64,000 nt of DNA, taken from NCBI GenBank assembly GCA_902571915.1, contig CACGDY010000002.1:13006-77005 (forward strand), read 5' to 3'. Below are positions 10,708-20,113 of the stretch, in pieces. Within the stretch, counting starts at the first letter, position 1, and each line of letters begins with the position of its first letter. This DNA comes from an uncultured Pelagibacteraceae bacterium. GTDB taxonomy: Bacteria; Pseudomonadota; Alphaproteobacteria; Pelagibacterales; Pelagibacteraceae. Made by a program: the position numbers and the translations under genes. The notes under the pieces were generated by a model. The model did not search any database. It had not been told where the DNA came from and worked only from the letters and a program-made list of their open reading frames with translations.

Positions 10708-11747
10708 TGTCAGAAAATAAAAATCTTGGTCACAACAGTAAAAAAGATTTCTTAAAAAAGCCTGTAGAGCATATTGATATTACATCTTTTGACTCTAGAA
10801 AAATTATTTCTTCCATGGAAAAAATGTCTTTTGTTTCAAGAGAGACGGCAAATGCAGCAAATATTTATAATGAAATGTTAAAAGATAAAGAATGTACAAT
10901 TTTTTTAACATTAGCAGGATCTACTTCAGCGGCAGGATGTATGCATATTTACAGAGATATGGTCAAATACAACATGGTAGATGCAATTGTTGCAACTGGA
11001 GCGTCTATAATAGATATGGATTTTTTTGAGGCACTTGGATTTAAACATTATCAAGGTTCACAGTATCAAAATGATAATGAGCTCAGAAAAAATTACATAG
11101 ACAGGATTTATGACACTTACATCGATGAGGAGGAGCTTCAATTGTGTGATAAAACAATTGGAGAAATAGCTGATAAACTAAAACCAAAAACTTATACATC
11201 AAGAGAGTTTATTAGAGAAATTGGTAAATATTTAAAGTCAAATGCTAAAAAGAAGGGATCTTTGATTGAAACAGCATATGACAATAATGTTCCAATATTC
11301 TGTCCAGCATTTACCGACTCAAGCGCAGGTTTTGGATTAGTGATGCACCAAGAGAAAAATCCAAAAAATCATATAACTATGGACTCAATAAGGGAATTTA
11401 GAGAATTAACAGAGATAAAAATTAAATCTAAAGGATCAGGGTTATTTATGATTGGTGGCGGTGTTCCTAAAAATTTTATACAAGATACAGTAATTTGCGC
11501 TGAGCTTTTAGGAAAAGAGGTTGATATGCACAAATATGCCATTCAAATCACAGTTGCTGACTCGAGAGATGGCGCATGTAGTAGCTCAACACTAAAAGAG
11601 GCAAGCTCGTGGGGTAAGGTTGATATAAACAAAGAGCAAATGGTATTTGCTGAAGCTACTAGTGTTCTTCCATTAATTGCAAGTAATGCTTATCATACTG
11701 GAGAATGGAAAAATAGAGAAAGAAAAAACTTCTCCAAAATATTTTGA
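10707..11747 (+). CDS. Deoxyhypusine synthase-like aminobutyltransferase (homospermidine or bis-guanidino-homospermidine synthase type)
   Basis: IDRIYD, FCPAFTDSSAG, IGGGVPKNF, DGACSSSTLKEASSWGKV (catalytic Lys motif), FAEAT. TAATG overlap with the decarboxylase gene. Confidence 0.88.
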   Translation: MSENKNLGHNSKKDFLKKPVEHIDITSFDSRKIISSMEKMSFVSRETANAANIYNEMLKDKECTIFLTLAGSTSAAGCMHIYRDMVKYNMVDAIVATGASIIDMDFFEALGFKHYQGSQYQNDNELRKNYIDRIYDTYIDEEELQLCDKTIGEIADKLKPKTYTSREFIREIGKYLKSNAKKKGSLIETAYDNNVPIFCPAFTDSSAGFGLVMHQEKNPKNHITMDSIREFRELTEIKIKSKGSGLFMIGGGVPKNFIQDTVICAELLGKEVDMHKYAIQITVADSRDGACSSSTLKEASSWGKVDINKEQMVFAEATSVLPLIASNAYHTGEWKNRERKNFSKIF

Positions 11748-11750
11748 TTA

Positions 11751-12632
11751 ATGGTCAAAAAAATTAAAATTGGAATTATTCAAAGTAAAATCTCAAGTAA
11801 TATTAAAGAAAATTTAGACTTAGCGATTAAAAATATAAAAAAAGCTGCATCAAAAAAAGCTAAAATAGTTTGTTTGCCAGAACTATTTTTATCAAATTAT
11901 TTTTGTCAAACAGAAAACCACTCAAATTTTAGACTAGCTGAAAAGATACCAGGAAAAACAACAAAAATATTTTGTGATTTAGCAAAAGAATTAAAAATAG
12001 TTTTAATTATTTCTTTATTTGAAAAAAAAACACATGGTTTTTATCATAATACGAGTGTTGTTATAAATGATATAGGTAAAATATTGTCAAAGTATAGAAA
12101 AATGCATATTCCTGATGACCCTGGGTATTATGAAAAATTTTATTTTACTCCTGGGGATTTAGGATTTAAATCTATCAAAACAAAGTTTGGTAAAATTGGA
12201 CCTTTAATATGTTGGGATCAATGGTTTCCTGAAGCTGCTAGACTAACAGCACTAAAAGGTGCACAAATAATTTTTTATCCTACAGCTATTGGATGGCATC
12301 CAAAAGAAAAAAGGAAATTTGGTAAATCTCAATTAGATTCATGGATTACTATGCAAAAATCTCATGCTATCGCAAATGGAACCTATGTAGTTGCCATAAA
12401 CAGAGTAGGAACTGAAAAGAAAGGTAAAAAGAAAATAGAATTCTGGGGAAATTCTATGATAATTGATCCAAGTGGCCAAATAATTGGAAAACTTAGTAAT
12501 AATAAAGAGCAAATTTTAATTCGGGAAGTTGATTACAAAAAAATAGACAAAGTTAGACAACATTGGCCCTTTTTACGAGATCGAAGAATTGATTTTTATA
12601 AAGGTATATTAAAAAATCCTGAAGATGAGTGA
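11751..12632 (+). CDS. aguB: N-carbamoylputrescine amidohydrolase (nitrilase superfamily)
   Basis: E-K-C triad (LPELF, YRKMHIPDDPGYYEKFYF, ICWDQWFPE), YPTAIGW, WPFLRDRR. Confidence 0.88.
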   Translation: MVKKIKIGIIQSKISSNIKENLDLAIKNIKKAASKKAKIVCLPELFLSNYFCQTENHSNFRLAEKIPGKTTKIFCDLAKELKIVLIISLFEKKTHGFYHNTSVVINDIGKILSKYRKMHIPDDPGYYEKFYFTPGDLGFKSIKTKFGKIGPLICWDQWFPEAARLTALKGAQIIFYPTAIGWHPKEKRKFGKSQLDSWITMQKSHAIANGTYVVAINRVGTEKKGKKKIEFWGNSMIIDPSGQIIGKLSNNKEQILIREVDYKKIDKVRQHWPFLRDRRIDFYKGILKNPEDE

Positions 12633-13677
12633 AAAACTTAGTGGATTTAGAATGCCTGGTGAATGGGAGAAACAAAAATCTGTCTGGATTGCGTGGCCTT
12701 ATAACAAAAACGATTGGCCTGGTTTATATAAATTCATTCCTGACGTAATTTTGGAAATTATATATAAAATATCAAAACATCAAAAGGTTAATTTGATTAT
12801 TAACAATAAAATCGAGAGCATCAAAAAAATCTTCAAATCAAGCAAAATTAAGAATGTTAGTTTCCATAAGATAAAAACTGATAGAATATGGTTGAGAGAC
12901 TCAGGTCCAATTTTTTTAATTAACAAAAAGTATAAAAAAAAAATTATATTAAACTTCATATTTAATGGCTGGGCAAAATATAAAAATTACGAAAATGACA
13001 ATAAAATTAATGATAAACTAAGTAAAATCATCAAATTAAAAAAAATTAATCCAGCTATCAAAAAAAATGGGAAATCAAGAAAAGTAATAATGGAAGGTGG
13101 GGCGTTTGACGTAAATGGTACAGGAACAATTTTATTAACAGAAGAATGTTTATTAAGCAAAATTCAGGAGAGAAATAAAAAGTTTAATAAGAAAGACTAT
13201 GAGGGAATATTTAATAAATATTTAAATATAAAAAATTTTATATGGTTAAAAAAAGGTATTATTGGTGACGATACACATGGCCATGTTGATGATATTTCCA
13301 GATTTGTATCAAGAAATACAATTATGACTGCAATCGAAAAAAATAAAAATGAAAAAAATTACAAAAATCTTAATGAAAATTTAAAGATATTAAAGAAATC
13401 TAGAGATGAAAGGGGTAAAAAATTTAAAATCATAAAAGTACCTATGCCCTCACCCATATTTATAGATAAAACGAGAGTTCCAGCTAGTTATATGAACTTT
13501 TATATTTGTAATAAAAAAGTTTTGCTTCCCATCTTTAAGGTAAAAGAGGATAAAATTGCAATTAAAATTTTCAAAAATTATTTTAAAAATAGAAAAGTCG
13601 AAACAGTTGACTGCAGTAAACTAATATGGGGTTTTGGCGCAATACATTGTATGACACAACAAGAGCCCATTATTTAG
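12625..13677 (+). CDS. aguA: Agmatine deiminase family protein
   Basis: RMPGEWE, WLRDSGP, FNGW, EGG, DDTHGHVDD, ASYMNF, GAIHCMTQQ (catalytic Cys). Confidence 0.9.
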   Translation: MSEKLSGFRMPGEWEKQKSVWIAWPYNKNDWPGLYKFIPDVILEIIYKISKHQKVNLIINNKIESIKKIFKSSKIKNVSFHKIKTDRIWLRDSGPIFLINKKYKKKIILNFIFNGWAKYKNYENDNKINDKLSKIIKLKKINPAIKKNGKSRKVIMEGGAFDVNGTGTILLTEECLLSKIQERNKKFNKKDYEGIFNKYLNIKNFIWLKKGIIGDDTHGHVDDISRFVSRNTIMTAIEKNKNEKNYKNLNENLKILKKSRDERGKKFKIIKVPMPSPIFIDKTRVPASYMNFYICNKKVLLPIFKVKEDKIAIKIFKNYFKNRKVETVDCSKLIWGFGAIHCMTQQEPII

Positions 13678-14226
13678 TCAGGCTGCTTTTAAAGTACCTA
13701 GCAATAACCTAAAAGGTATCAACATTACTAAGGCAACAAAAATTTTAACTGCCAAGTCACCTAGAGATAACGTTACCCATGGTATTCCTGTTCCATAAAA
13801 AGATATGGAAAAAAATATAAAAGTATCAACGGTAGATCCAATTAAAGAGGATATTAGAGGAGCAACGAACCATTTTTTTTGTCTTAATTGATCAAATATC
13901 TGAACATCTAAAAGTTGAGCAATAATAAATGCTGTTCCTGATCCGATTGCTATTCGTATTGAGATTAGATCAGTGAAATTTGTGGAAAATATTAATGTAA
14001 ATAAAATTCCTATCGAAAAACCAATGTAGACAATTTTTCTAGCAATCAACTTTCCAAAAGATCTATTAGCTAAATCGGTTATTAAAAATGCGATCGGGTA
14101 ACTAAAAGCTCCGTATGTTAATATCTCCTCCAGTCCATAATATTTAATAGGAAATTGAACCAAATAATTAGAAGCTAGTACAACAAGCCCCATTAAAAAT
14201 GAAAGTGTCAAAAATGTTTTATTCAT
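13678..14226 (-). CDS. yhhQ: Queuosine precursor transporter (VUT/YhhQ family)
   Basis: SNYLVQ, TYGAFSYPIAFLITDL, RIAIGSGTAF, QLLDVQIF, DTFIFF. Its ATG overlaps the rpmB stop (TAATG). Confidence 0.85.
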   Translation of the reverse strand: MNKTFLTLSFLMGLVVLASNYLVQFPIKYYGLEEILTYGAFSYPIAFLITDLANRSFGKLIARKIVYIGFSIGILFTLIFSTNFTDLISIRIAIGSGTAFIIAQLLDVQIFDQLRQKKWFVAPLISSLIGSTVDTFIFFSISFYGTGIPWVTLSLGDLAVKIFVALVMLIPFRLLLGTLKAA

Positions 14227-14540
14227 TATGCAGTTTTAGATTGAATAGGTTTTTTTTGAAATGGAGATTTAATTAATAAGCTTTTTTTTAGTTTTTTTAA
14301 TCTAGGAGATAAATTTTTATTTTTTACAGATTTCAAAAATTCATCAAAACTGCCTTTTTTATCTACTGATCTAACCCCTGCATTACTAACTGTTAATTTT
14401 AAGCTTCTTTTTAAAAGTTCACTTGTAAATTTTACTTTTTTCAAATTAGGTAAAAATCTTCTTTTTGTCTTATTGTTAGCATGACTAACGTTATGACCTT
14501 TCATAGGATTTTTTCCAGTTAATTCACATTTTTTTGTCAT
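14226..14540 (-). CDS. rpmB: 50S ribosomal protein L28
   Basis: KCELTGK...[19 protein letters not shown]. Start moved to the ATG at 14540. Confidence 0.96.
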   Translation of the reverse strand: MTKKCELTGKNPMKGHNVSHANNKTKRRFLPNLKKVKFTSELLKRSLKLTVSNAGVRSVDKKGSFDEFLKSVKNKNLSPRLKKLKKSLLIKSPFQKKPIQSKTA

Positions 14541-14550
14541 TTCGATCGAC

Positions 14551-14579
14551 TGTATAAAGTGAGATATTGATGGCGTCAA
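14551..14579 (-). promoter_or_regulatory. sigma70 promoter of rpmB-yhhQ
   Basis: TTGACG-17 nt-TATACA, ending 10 nt before the rpmB ATG. Confidence 0.6.
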
Positions 14580-14594
14580 GTTTATTAGATTATT

Positions 14595-15641
14595 CTAATC
14601 CTTTTTTCCTACTATTTCGTTAAAGTTTTTTACGCCATCTTTAAATAATATTTCCTTCAGCTCTTTTTTAATGAGACTAACAATATTTGGACCTCTAAAA
14701 ACCATACCTGTATAAAGTTGTAAATAATCAGCTCCAGCTAAAAATTTTTGATAAGCAGACTTACCTGAGTCTACGCCACCTACACCTATAATTTTGATTC
14801 TACCGTTTAAAACTTTGTAAAACTTTCTGATCAACTCAGAAGACTTAGACTCAATAGGTTTACCAGATAATCCTCCTTTTTGATGACTTTGGGTATTTTG
14901 TAAATTTTCTCTTGTTGTATCAGATGTGTTTGAAATGATAGCTGCTTCTATCTTATTATTTAAAAGCACTTCAGAAATTTTTGAAATTTCTTTGTCGTTT
15001 ATATCCGGTGATACTTTTACCGCTATAGGAGTTTGAGAATTAAGATCTCTCTTCACTTTTTCTATTTGTTTTAAAAGATCGTCTAATTTTTTTTGATCGT
15101 GAAAGCTTCTTAAATCGTCGGTATTTGGTGAAGAAATATTGATAGTGATATAATCAGAGACCCCATTAAATGTTTTTAAACACTGTATATAATCATTCGT
15201 TCTATCTTTTGAGTCTTTATTAGGTCCAATATTTATTCCAAGTAAGCCGTTTGGATTATTTCTTTTAATTCGATCTAAGATATATTTTGAACCTAGGTTA
15301 TTGAAACCAAGTCTATTTATGAGAGCCTCGTCCTCTATCAGTCTAAATACTCTAGGTTTGGGATTTCCGTATTGTTCTAACGGTGTAACAGTGCCTACTT
15401 CGACAAATCCAAACCCTAAATTGAATAACGAATTATATACCTCGGCATTTTTATCAAATCCAGCTGCCATACCAATTGGATTTTCTATTTCTTTATCAAA
15501 TAATTTTGTTTTAAAAAGAGGGTTATTTTTTTCTTCATCTAAAATATTTGGAATAAAATTAAATTTTAGTGACTTTATCGCCAAACTATGAGCCATCTCA
15601 GGATCTAATTTAAAAATTAAAGATCTTAGATTTGAAAACAT
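14595..15641 (-). CDS. pyrD: Quinone-dependent dihydroorotate dehydrogenase (class 2)
   Basis: DPEMAH, GMAAGFDKN, GNPKPRVFRL, INRLGFNN, NISSPNT, GGLSG. Confidence 0.96.
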   Translation of the reverse strand: MFSNLRSLIFKLDPEMAHSLAIKSLKFNFIPNILDEEKNNPLFKTKLFDKEIENPIGMAAGFDKNAEVYNSLFNLGFGFVEVGTVTPLEQYGNPKPRVFRLIEDEALINRLGFNNLGSKYILDRIKRNNPNGLLGINIGPNKDSKDRTNDYIQCLKTFNGVSDYITINISSPNTDDLRSFHDQKKLDDLLKQIEKVKRDLNSQTPIAVKVSPDINDKEISKISEVLLNNKIEAAIISNTSDTTRENLQNTQSHQKGGLSGKPIESKSSELIRKFYKVLNGRIKIIGVGGVDSGKSAYQKFLAGADYLQLYTGMVFRGPNIVSLIKKELKEILFKDGVKNFNEIVGKKD

Positions 15642-17203
15642 TATTTAATTTTATTTAATATAAGATCTTTTGTTTCTTTCACACCAAAAAAACTTATAAA
15701 AAATCCCATCCTTGGTCCATTTACATCTCCAAAAACTACTTCGTAAATTAATTTAAACCAATCTCGAAGGTTCTCAGTATATCCATTTTCTTTACCGGTC
15801 GAATATATCATTGTTTGAATATCTTCAGGTTGCATTTTGTCATCACATTTATCTAAAGTATTTACCAAAGCTTCTAAAGCTTTTTTTTCTTCAGTATTAG
15901 GCTTTTTATATTTTTTTTTTAATTTAATTACATCATTAAAATACTTTATTGCATAGCCTACTAAATTATCAAAGATAGGATTGTTTTTTTCTGAGATGTC
16001 TTTTTTATATTTTTTAACAAATTTCCAAAGAAGTTCTTTGCTATCAGCATTACTTGTTTCGACTAAATTTAATAACATTGAAAATGACATAATCATATTT
16101 TCCTTTGGCACTAAGCTATTATGGACGTGCCATACAGGATTCATCAGTAACTGCAACTCATTTTGATTTTTTGCTTTCTCTATCTGGTCTAAATAATCGT
16201 CAACGGTTTTTGAAACTATTTCTTTGTAAAGTTTTTTTGCTCTTTTTGGGTTTTGATACATATAAAGTGACAAACTTTCAGGTGAAGCATACTCTAACCA
16301 CTGATCAATAGTGATGCCATTACCTTTTGATTTTGAAATCTTCTCGCCTTTTTCATCCAAAAATAATTCATATGCGAAACCTGAAGGATTTGTCTTCCCA
16401 ATTAGTTTGATAATTTTTGTTGAAAGTATTGCGCTCTCTATTAGATCCTTTCCATACATTTCAAAATCAACATCTAGTGCAAACCACCTCATAGCCCAAT
16501 CAACTTTCCACTGTAATTTACAATTTCCATCATAAATGCTTGTTTCCAAATCTTTTCCATTATTATCAAAAACGATTGTAGATTTTTCCTTATTTATTTT
16601 TTTTACAGGTATTTCTAGGACACGGCCTGTATCCGGACAAATTGGAAGGAATGGACTGTAAGTTTTTTGTCTCTCTTTTCCCAATGTGGGGAGTATTATA
16701 TTCATAATATCATCATAATTCTCTAAAATTACTTGAAGAGATGAATTAAAAAAACCTGATTTATAAAGTAATGTTGAGCTTTTAAAGTTATATTTAAATT
16801 TAAAATTATCTAAAAATTTTTTTAACATTTCATTATTATACTCACCAAAACTATTGAACTTTTGAAAAGGATCAGGCACACTAGTAAGTGGTTTGTGTAA
16901 ATTTTTTTCTAATAATTCTTTTTGAGGAACGTTATCAGGTACTTTTCTAAGACCATCCATATCATCTGAGAAGGTAATTATTTCCGTTGGTAGATCGGTT
17001 AAATATTTTAGGGCGTTTGCAATCATTGATGTCCTTGCAACTTCTCCAAATGTTCCTATGTGTGGAAGACCACTAGGACCATAACCTGTTTGGAGAATTA
17101 TTTTGCCTTTTTTTTCTAAAAAAGATTTTCTTTCCCGAAGCATTTTTTTTGCCTCAACGAAAGGCCATGCGCTTGTTTTATCAAAATTCTCTTTTTTAAT
17201 CAT
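15641..17203 (-). CDS. lysS: Lysine--tRNA ligase, class I
   Basis: TGYGPSGLPHIGTF, KLQWKVDWAMRW, KISKSKGN, GPRMG. Confidence 0.96.
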   Translation of the reverse strand: MIKKENFDKTSAWPFVEAKKMLRERKSFLEKKGKIILQTGYGPSGLPHIGTFGEVARTSMIANALKYLTDLPTEIITFSDDMDGLRKVPDNVPQKELLEKNLHKPLTSVPDPFQKFNSFGEYNNEMLKKFLDNFKFKYNFKSSTLLYKSGFFNSSLQVILENYDDIMNIILPTLGKERQKTYSPFLPICPDTGRVLEIPVKKINKEKSTIVFDNNGKDLETSIYDGNCKLQWKVDWAMRWFALDVDFEMYGKDLIESAILSTKIIKLIGKTNPSGFAYELFLDEKGEKISKSKGNGITIDQWLEYASPESLSLYMYQNPKRAKKLYKEIVSKTVDDYLDQIEKAKNQNELQLLMNPVWHVHNSLVPKENMIMSFSMLLNLVETSNADSKELLWKFVKKYKKDISEKNNPIFDNLVGYAIKYFNDVIKLKKKYKKPNTEEKKALEALVNTLDKCDDKMQPEDIQTMIYSTGKENGYTENLRDWFKLIYEVVFGDVNGPRMGFFISFFGVKETKDLILNKIK

Positions 17204-17291
17204 AATTAATTCAAATAAAATCTTAAATTAACGATTTAACTTATTCTTATAGAGTTGAAATTTATTTACCATAAAATAATGTTCATTCAAA

Positions 17292-18731
17292 ATGTCTAAT
17301 TATAAAACTGTTTTTTTTACACTTGGAATACTTCAGATTATTCTTGGAATTTTTATGTTAATTCCTGTAATCGCACAGTTTTTTTATGACGATATAGATT
17401 CTTCTTTTTTAGGATCTTCAATCGTGACTATCATTTTTGGTACTTTATTTTTTTTATCAAATTTAGATCACAATAAAAAATTAAATTTACAACAAGCTTT
17501 TCTTTTAACTGCTTTATCATGGTTAAGTATAGCAATATTTGGTTCTTTACCTTTTGTTTTTTCAAACTTAAATTTTTCTTTTACAAATGCTTTTTTTGAA
17601 AGTATGTCAGGTATAACCACTACCGGCTCTACAATAATTTCAAATTTAGAAGTCATTCCAAAGGGAATTTTGCTATGGAGGGCAATACTTCAATGGCTAG
17701 GAGGGATTGGCATCATTGTAATGGCAATAACTTTAATGCCTATAATGAATGTTGGAGGAATGCAATTATTCAAAATTACAAGTAACGATTCTTCAGAAAA
17801 AATTCTTCCTAAATCAAAGCAAATTGCATTAAGACTAATTTTCATTTATTTATTTCTGACAACATTGTGTGCATTTTCTTATAAAATGCTTGGTATGAAT
17901 TTATTTGACAGCATTACACATAGTATGACTACAATAGCAACCGGTGGTTTTTCAAACTATAACGAGTCTATTGGTTTTTTTAACAGTATTTCTATAGAAA
18001 CTTCTGCTATGATTTTTATAATTTTAGGTAGTTTGCCTTTCATAGCATATATAAAATTTTTAAACGGTGATAAAAAAATATTTTTTACCGATATACAAAT
18101 AAAAACATTTTTAAAAGTTGTTTTGATAAGTATCATTATATTATCGATATTCTTAATTCTAAATAATTCAGCTGAGTTTAATTTTAGATCCATCTTATTT
18201 AATATTATTTCAATCTTAACTGGAACCGGTTATGTAAATGCCCAATTTGATAATTGGGGAGGATTTCCTATAATCTTATTTATAATACTTATGTTTATTG
18301 GAGGCTGTGCTGGATCAACTACCTGCGGTATTAAAATTTTTAGAATTCAAATTCTTTACTCATTTTTTGTAAATCAAATTAGAAAGATTATTTATCCAAA
18401 AGGGATATTTGTTTTAAAATATGACCAAAACCCAGTAGATGACAAATTTATTGCATCAATAATTTCTTTTATATATTTGTATTTAGTAATTTTTTTTGTA
18501 ATAACGGCACTCTTATCTCTATCTGGTTTAGATTTTATTACTTCAATATCAGGGGCAGCCACATCCATTTCAAATGTTGGACCTGGATTAGGGTCAACAA
18601 TTGGTCCTAATGGAAATTTTTCAAGTTTACCAGATATTTCAAAATGGATATTATCCTTAGGAATGATTTTAGGTAGACTAGAATTGTTTGCAATACTAGT
18701 ATTGTTTTTACCATCTTTTTGGAAAAATTAA
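17292..18731 (+). CDS. trkH: Trk potassium uptake membrane subunit
   Basis: FFESMSGITTTGST, QWLGGIGI, TTIATGGFS, GGCAGSTTCGIK, ISNVGPGLG, LGRLE. Confidence 0.95.
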   Translation: MSNYKTVFFTLGILQIILGIFMLIPVIAQFFYDDIDSSFLGSSIVTIIFGTLFFLSNLDHNKKLNLQQAFLLTALSWLSIAIFGSLPFVFSNLNFSFTNAFFESMSGITTTGSTIISNLEVIPKGILLWRAILQWLGGIGIIVMAITLMPIMNVGGMQLFKITSNDSSEKILPKSKQIALRLIFIYLFLTTLCAFSYKMLGMNLFDSITHSMTTIATGGFSNYNESIGFFNSISIETSAMIFIILGSLPFIAYIKFLNGDKKIFFTDIQIKTFLKVVLISIIILSIFLILNNSAEFNFRSILFNIISILTGTGYVNAQFDNWGGFPIILFIILMFIGGCAGSTTCGIKIFRIQILYSFFVNQIRKIIYPKGIFVLKYDQNPVDDKFIASIISFIYLYLVIFFVITALLSLSGLDFITSISGAATSISNVGPGLGSTIGPNGNFSSLPDISKWILSLGMILGRLELFAILVLFLPSFWKN

Positions 18732-18733
18732 CT

Positions 18734-20113
18734 ATGACAGAAACACAAATCAAATCATCCTGGCTAAATTCTCTTTCAGTGTACAAGGATATTAGAATGC
18801 TAAGAATTTTACTCCTTGGATCGATAAGTGGTTTTCCTTGGGTTTTAATCGCAAGTAGTTTAAGTCTTTGGCTTAAAGAAGAAGGTCTTAGCAGATCAAC
18901 AATTGGTTGGGCAGGTTTAATTTTTGGTGTTTATGCATTTAATTATCTGTGGGCGCCTATAATAGATAGAATTCAAATACCTATTTTAACAAAAAAACTA
19001 GGTCATAGAAGAGGATGGATAGTTTTAATGCAAATAATAATTTTATTAAGTTTAATAATTTGGAGTTTAATAAATCCTACACAAAACTTAGCCCTTCTAA
19101 TATCAGTAGGATTAGTAATTGCAATAGCCTCAGCTACTCAAGACATAACTGTAGACGCTTTAAGAATTGAGCAAATACATGAGAACGAGGGAAAATCAAT
19201 GGCAGCAGGTGCAGCTATGGCTGTTGTAGGTTGGTGGACAGGCTACAAGTTAGGAGGAGTTGTAGCTTTATTTGCAGCCGAGTTTTTCGAAAATCTTGGT
19301 GTTAAAGATTACTGGCAAGCTACTTTTTTAGTTTTGGGTATTTTAATTATTTTAATGAACATCGGATTAATGTTCGTTCATGAGCCTATTGAAACAGATA
19401 GACAATTAAAGCAAAGAGAGACCGATAAACTAATTGAGGGAAAACTTGGATCAAGTAACGCTATCACAAACTTTATTGCTTATATTACTGGAACTATAGG
19501 TGGACCTGTTATTAGTTTTTTTAAAAAGAATGGCTTTGCAATTGCAGCAGGAATTTTAGGTTTTGTTTTTTTGTTTAAAATAGGTGAAGCTTTCATGGGA
19601 AGAATGTCAATTGTATTCTATAAAGAAATAGGATTTTCCAAAGGACAAATAGCAATTTATTCAAAAGGATTAGGTTGGATAACAACTGTTGTATTTACTT
19701 TATTAGGTGGTGTAATGGCGATGAGAGCCGGAACAATAAAAACAATGTTCTTTGCTGGAGGTTTAATGGCTTTAACAAATCTTTTATTTGCAGTTTTAGC
19801 ATGGACAGGAAAATCTGAAATTTTATTTGCAATTGCTGTTATCGCTGATGATATAACAGCTGCATTCGCAACAGTGGCATTTGTTGCATTTATTTCACTT
19901 TTGGTTGATAGAACCTACACAGCGACACAATATGCATTACTTGCCTCAATTGGTACTGCTGGAAGAACTACATTAGCTTCTTCCTCTGGTGCTTTAGTTG
20001 ATTGGCTTAATGGAGATTGGGGTACATTTTTTGTTTTAACGACTATTATGGTGATACCTTCTTTAGTTTGTTTATGGCTGATAAAAAATAAAATTAAAAT
20101 TAGTGCAAAATAA
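18734..20113 (+). CDS. ampG: AmpG-family muropeptide MFS permease
   Basis: LLGSISGFP, LWAPIID, GHRRGW, SATQDITVDA, YTATQYALL. Confidence 0.9.
   Translation: MTETQIKSSWLNSLSVYKDIRMLRILLLGSISGFPWVLIASSLSLWLKEEGLSRSTIGWAGLIFGVYAFNYLWAPIIDRIQIPILTKKLGHRRGWIVLMQIIILLSLIIWSLINPTQNLALLISVGLVIAIASATQDITVDALRIEQIHENEGKSMAAGAAMAVVGWWTGYKLGGVVALFAAEFFENLGVKDYWQATFLVLGILIILMNIGLMFVHEPIETDRQLKQRETDKLIEGKLGSSNAITNFIAYITGTIGGPVISFFKKNGFAIAAGILGFVFLFKIGEAFMGRMSIVFYKEIGFSKGQIAIYSKGLGWITTVVFTLLGGVMAMRAGTIKTMFFAGGLMALTNLLFAVLAWTGKSEILFAIAVIADDITAAFATVAFVAFISLLVDRTYTATQYALLASIGTAGRTTLASSSGALVDWLNGDWGTFFVLTTIMVIPSLVCLWLIKNKIKISAK

Noticed and set aside
14541-14579. N-terminal extension of L28 from the TTG at 14579
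   Set aside because: That TTG is part of the -35 box (TTGACG). The conserved L28 start is the ATG at 14540.
15641-17203. Archaeal-type class I lysyl-tRNA synthetase as evidence of recent transfer
   Set aside because: Class I LysRS is the normal form in many Alphaproteobacteria.
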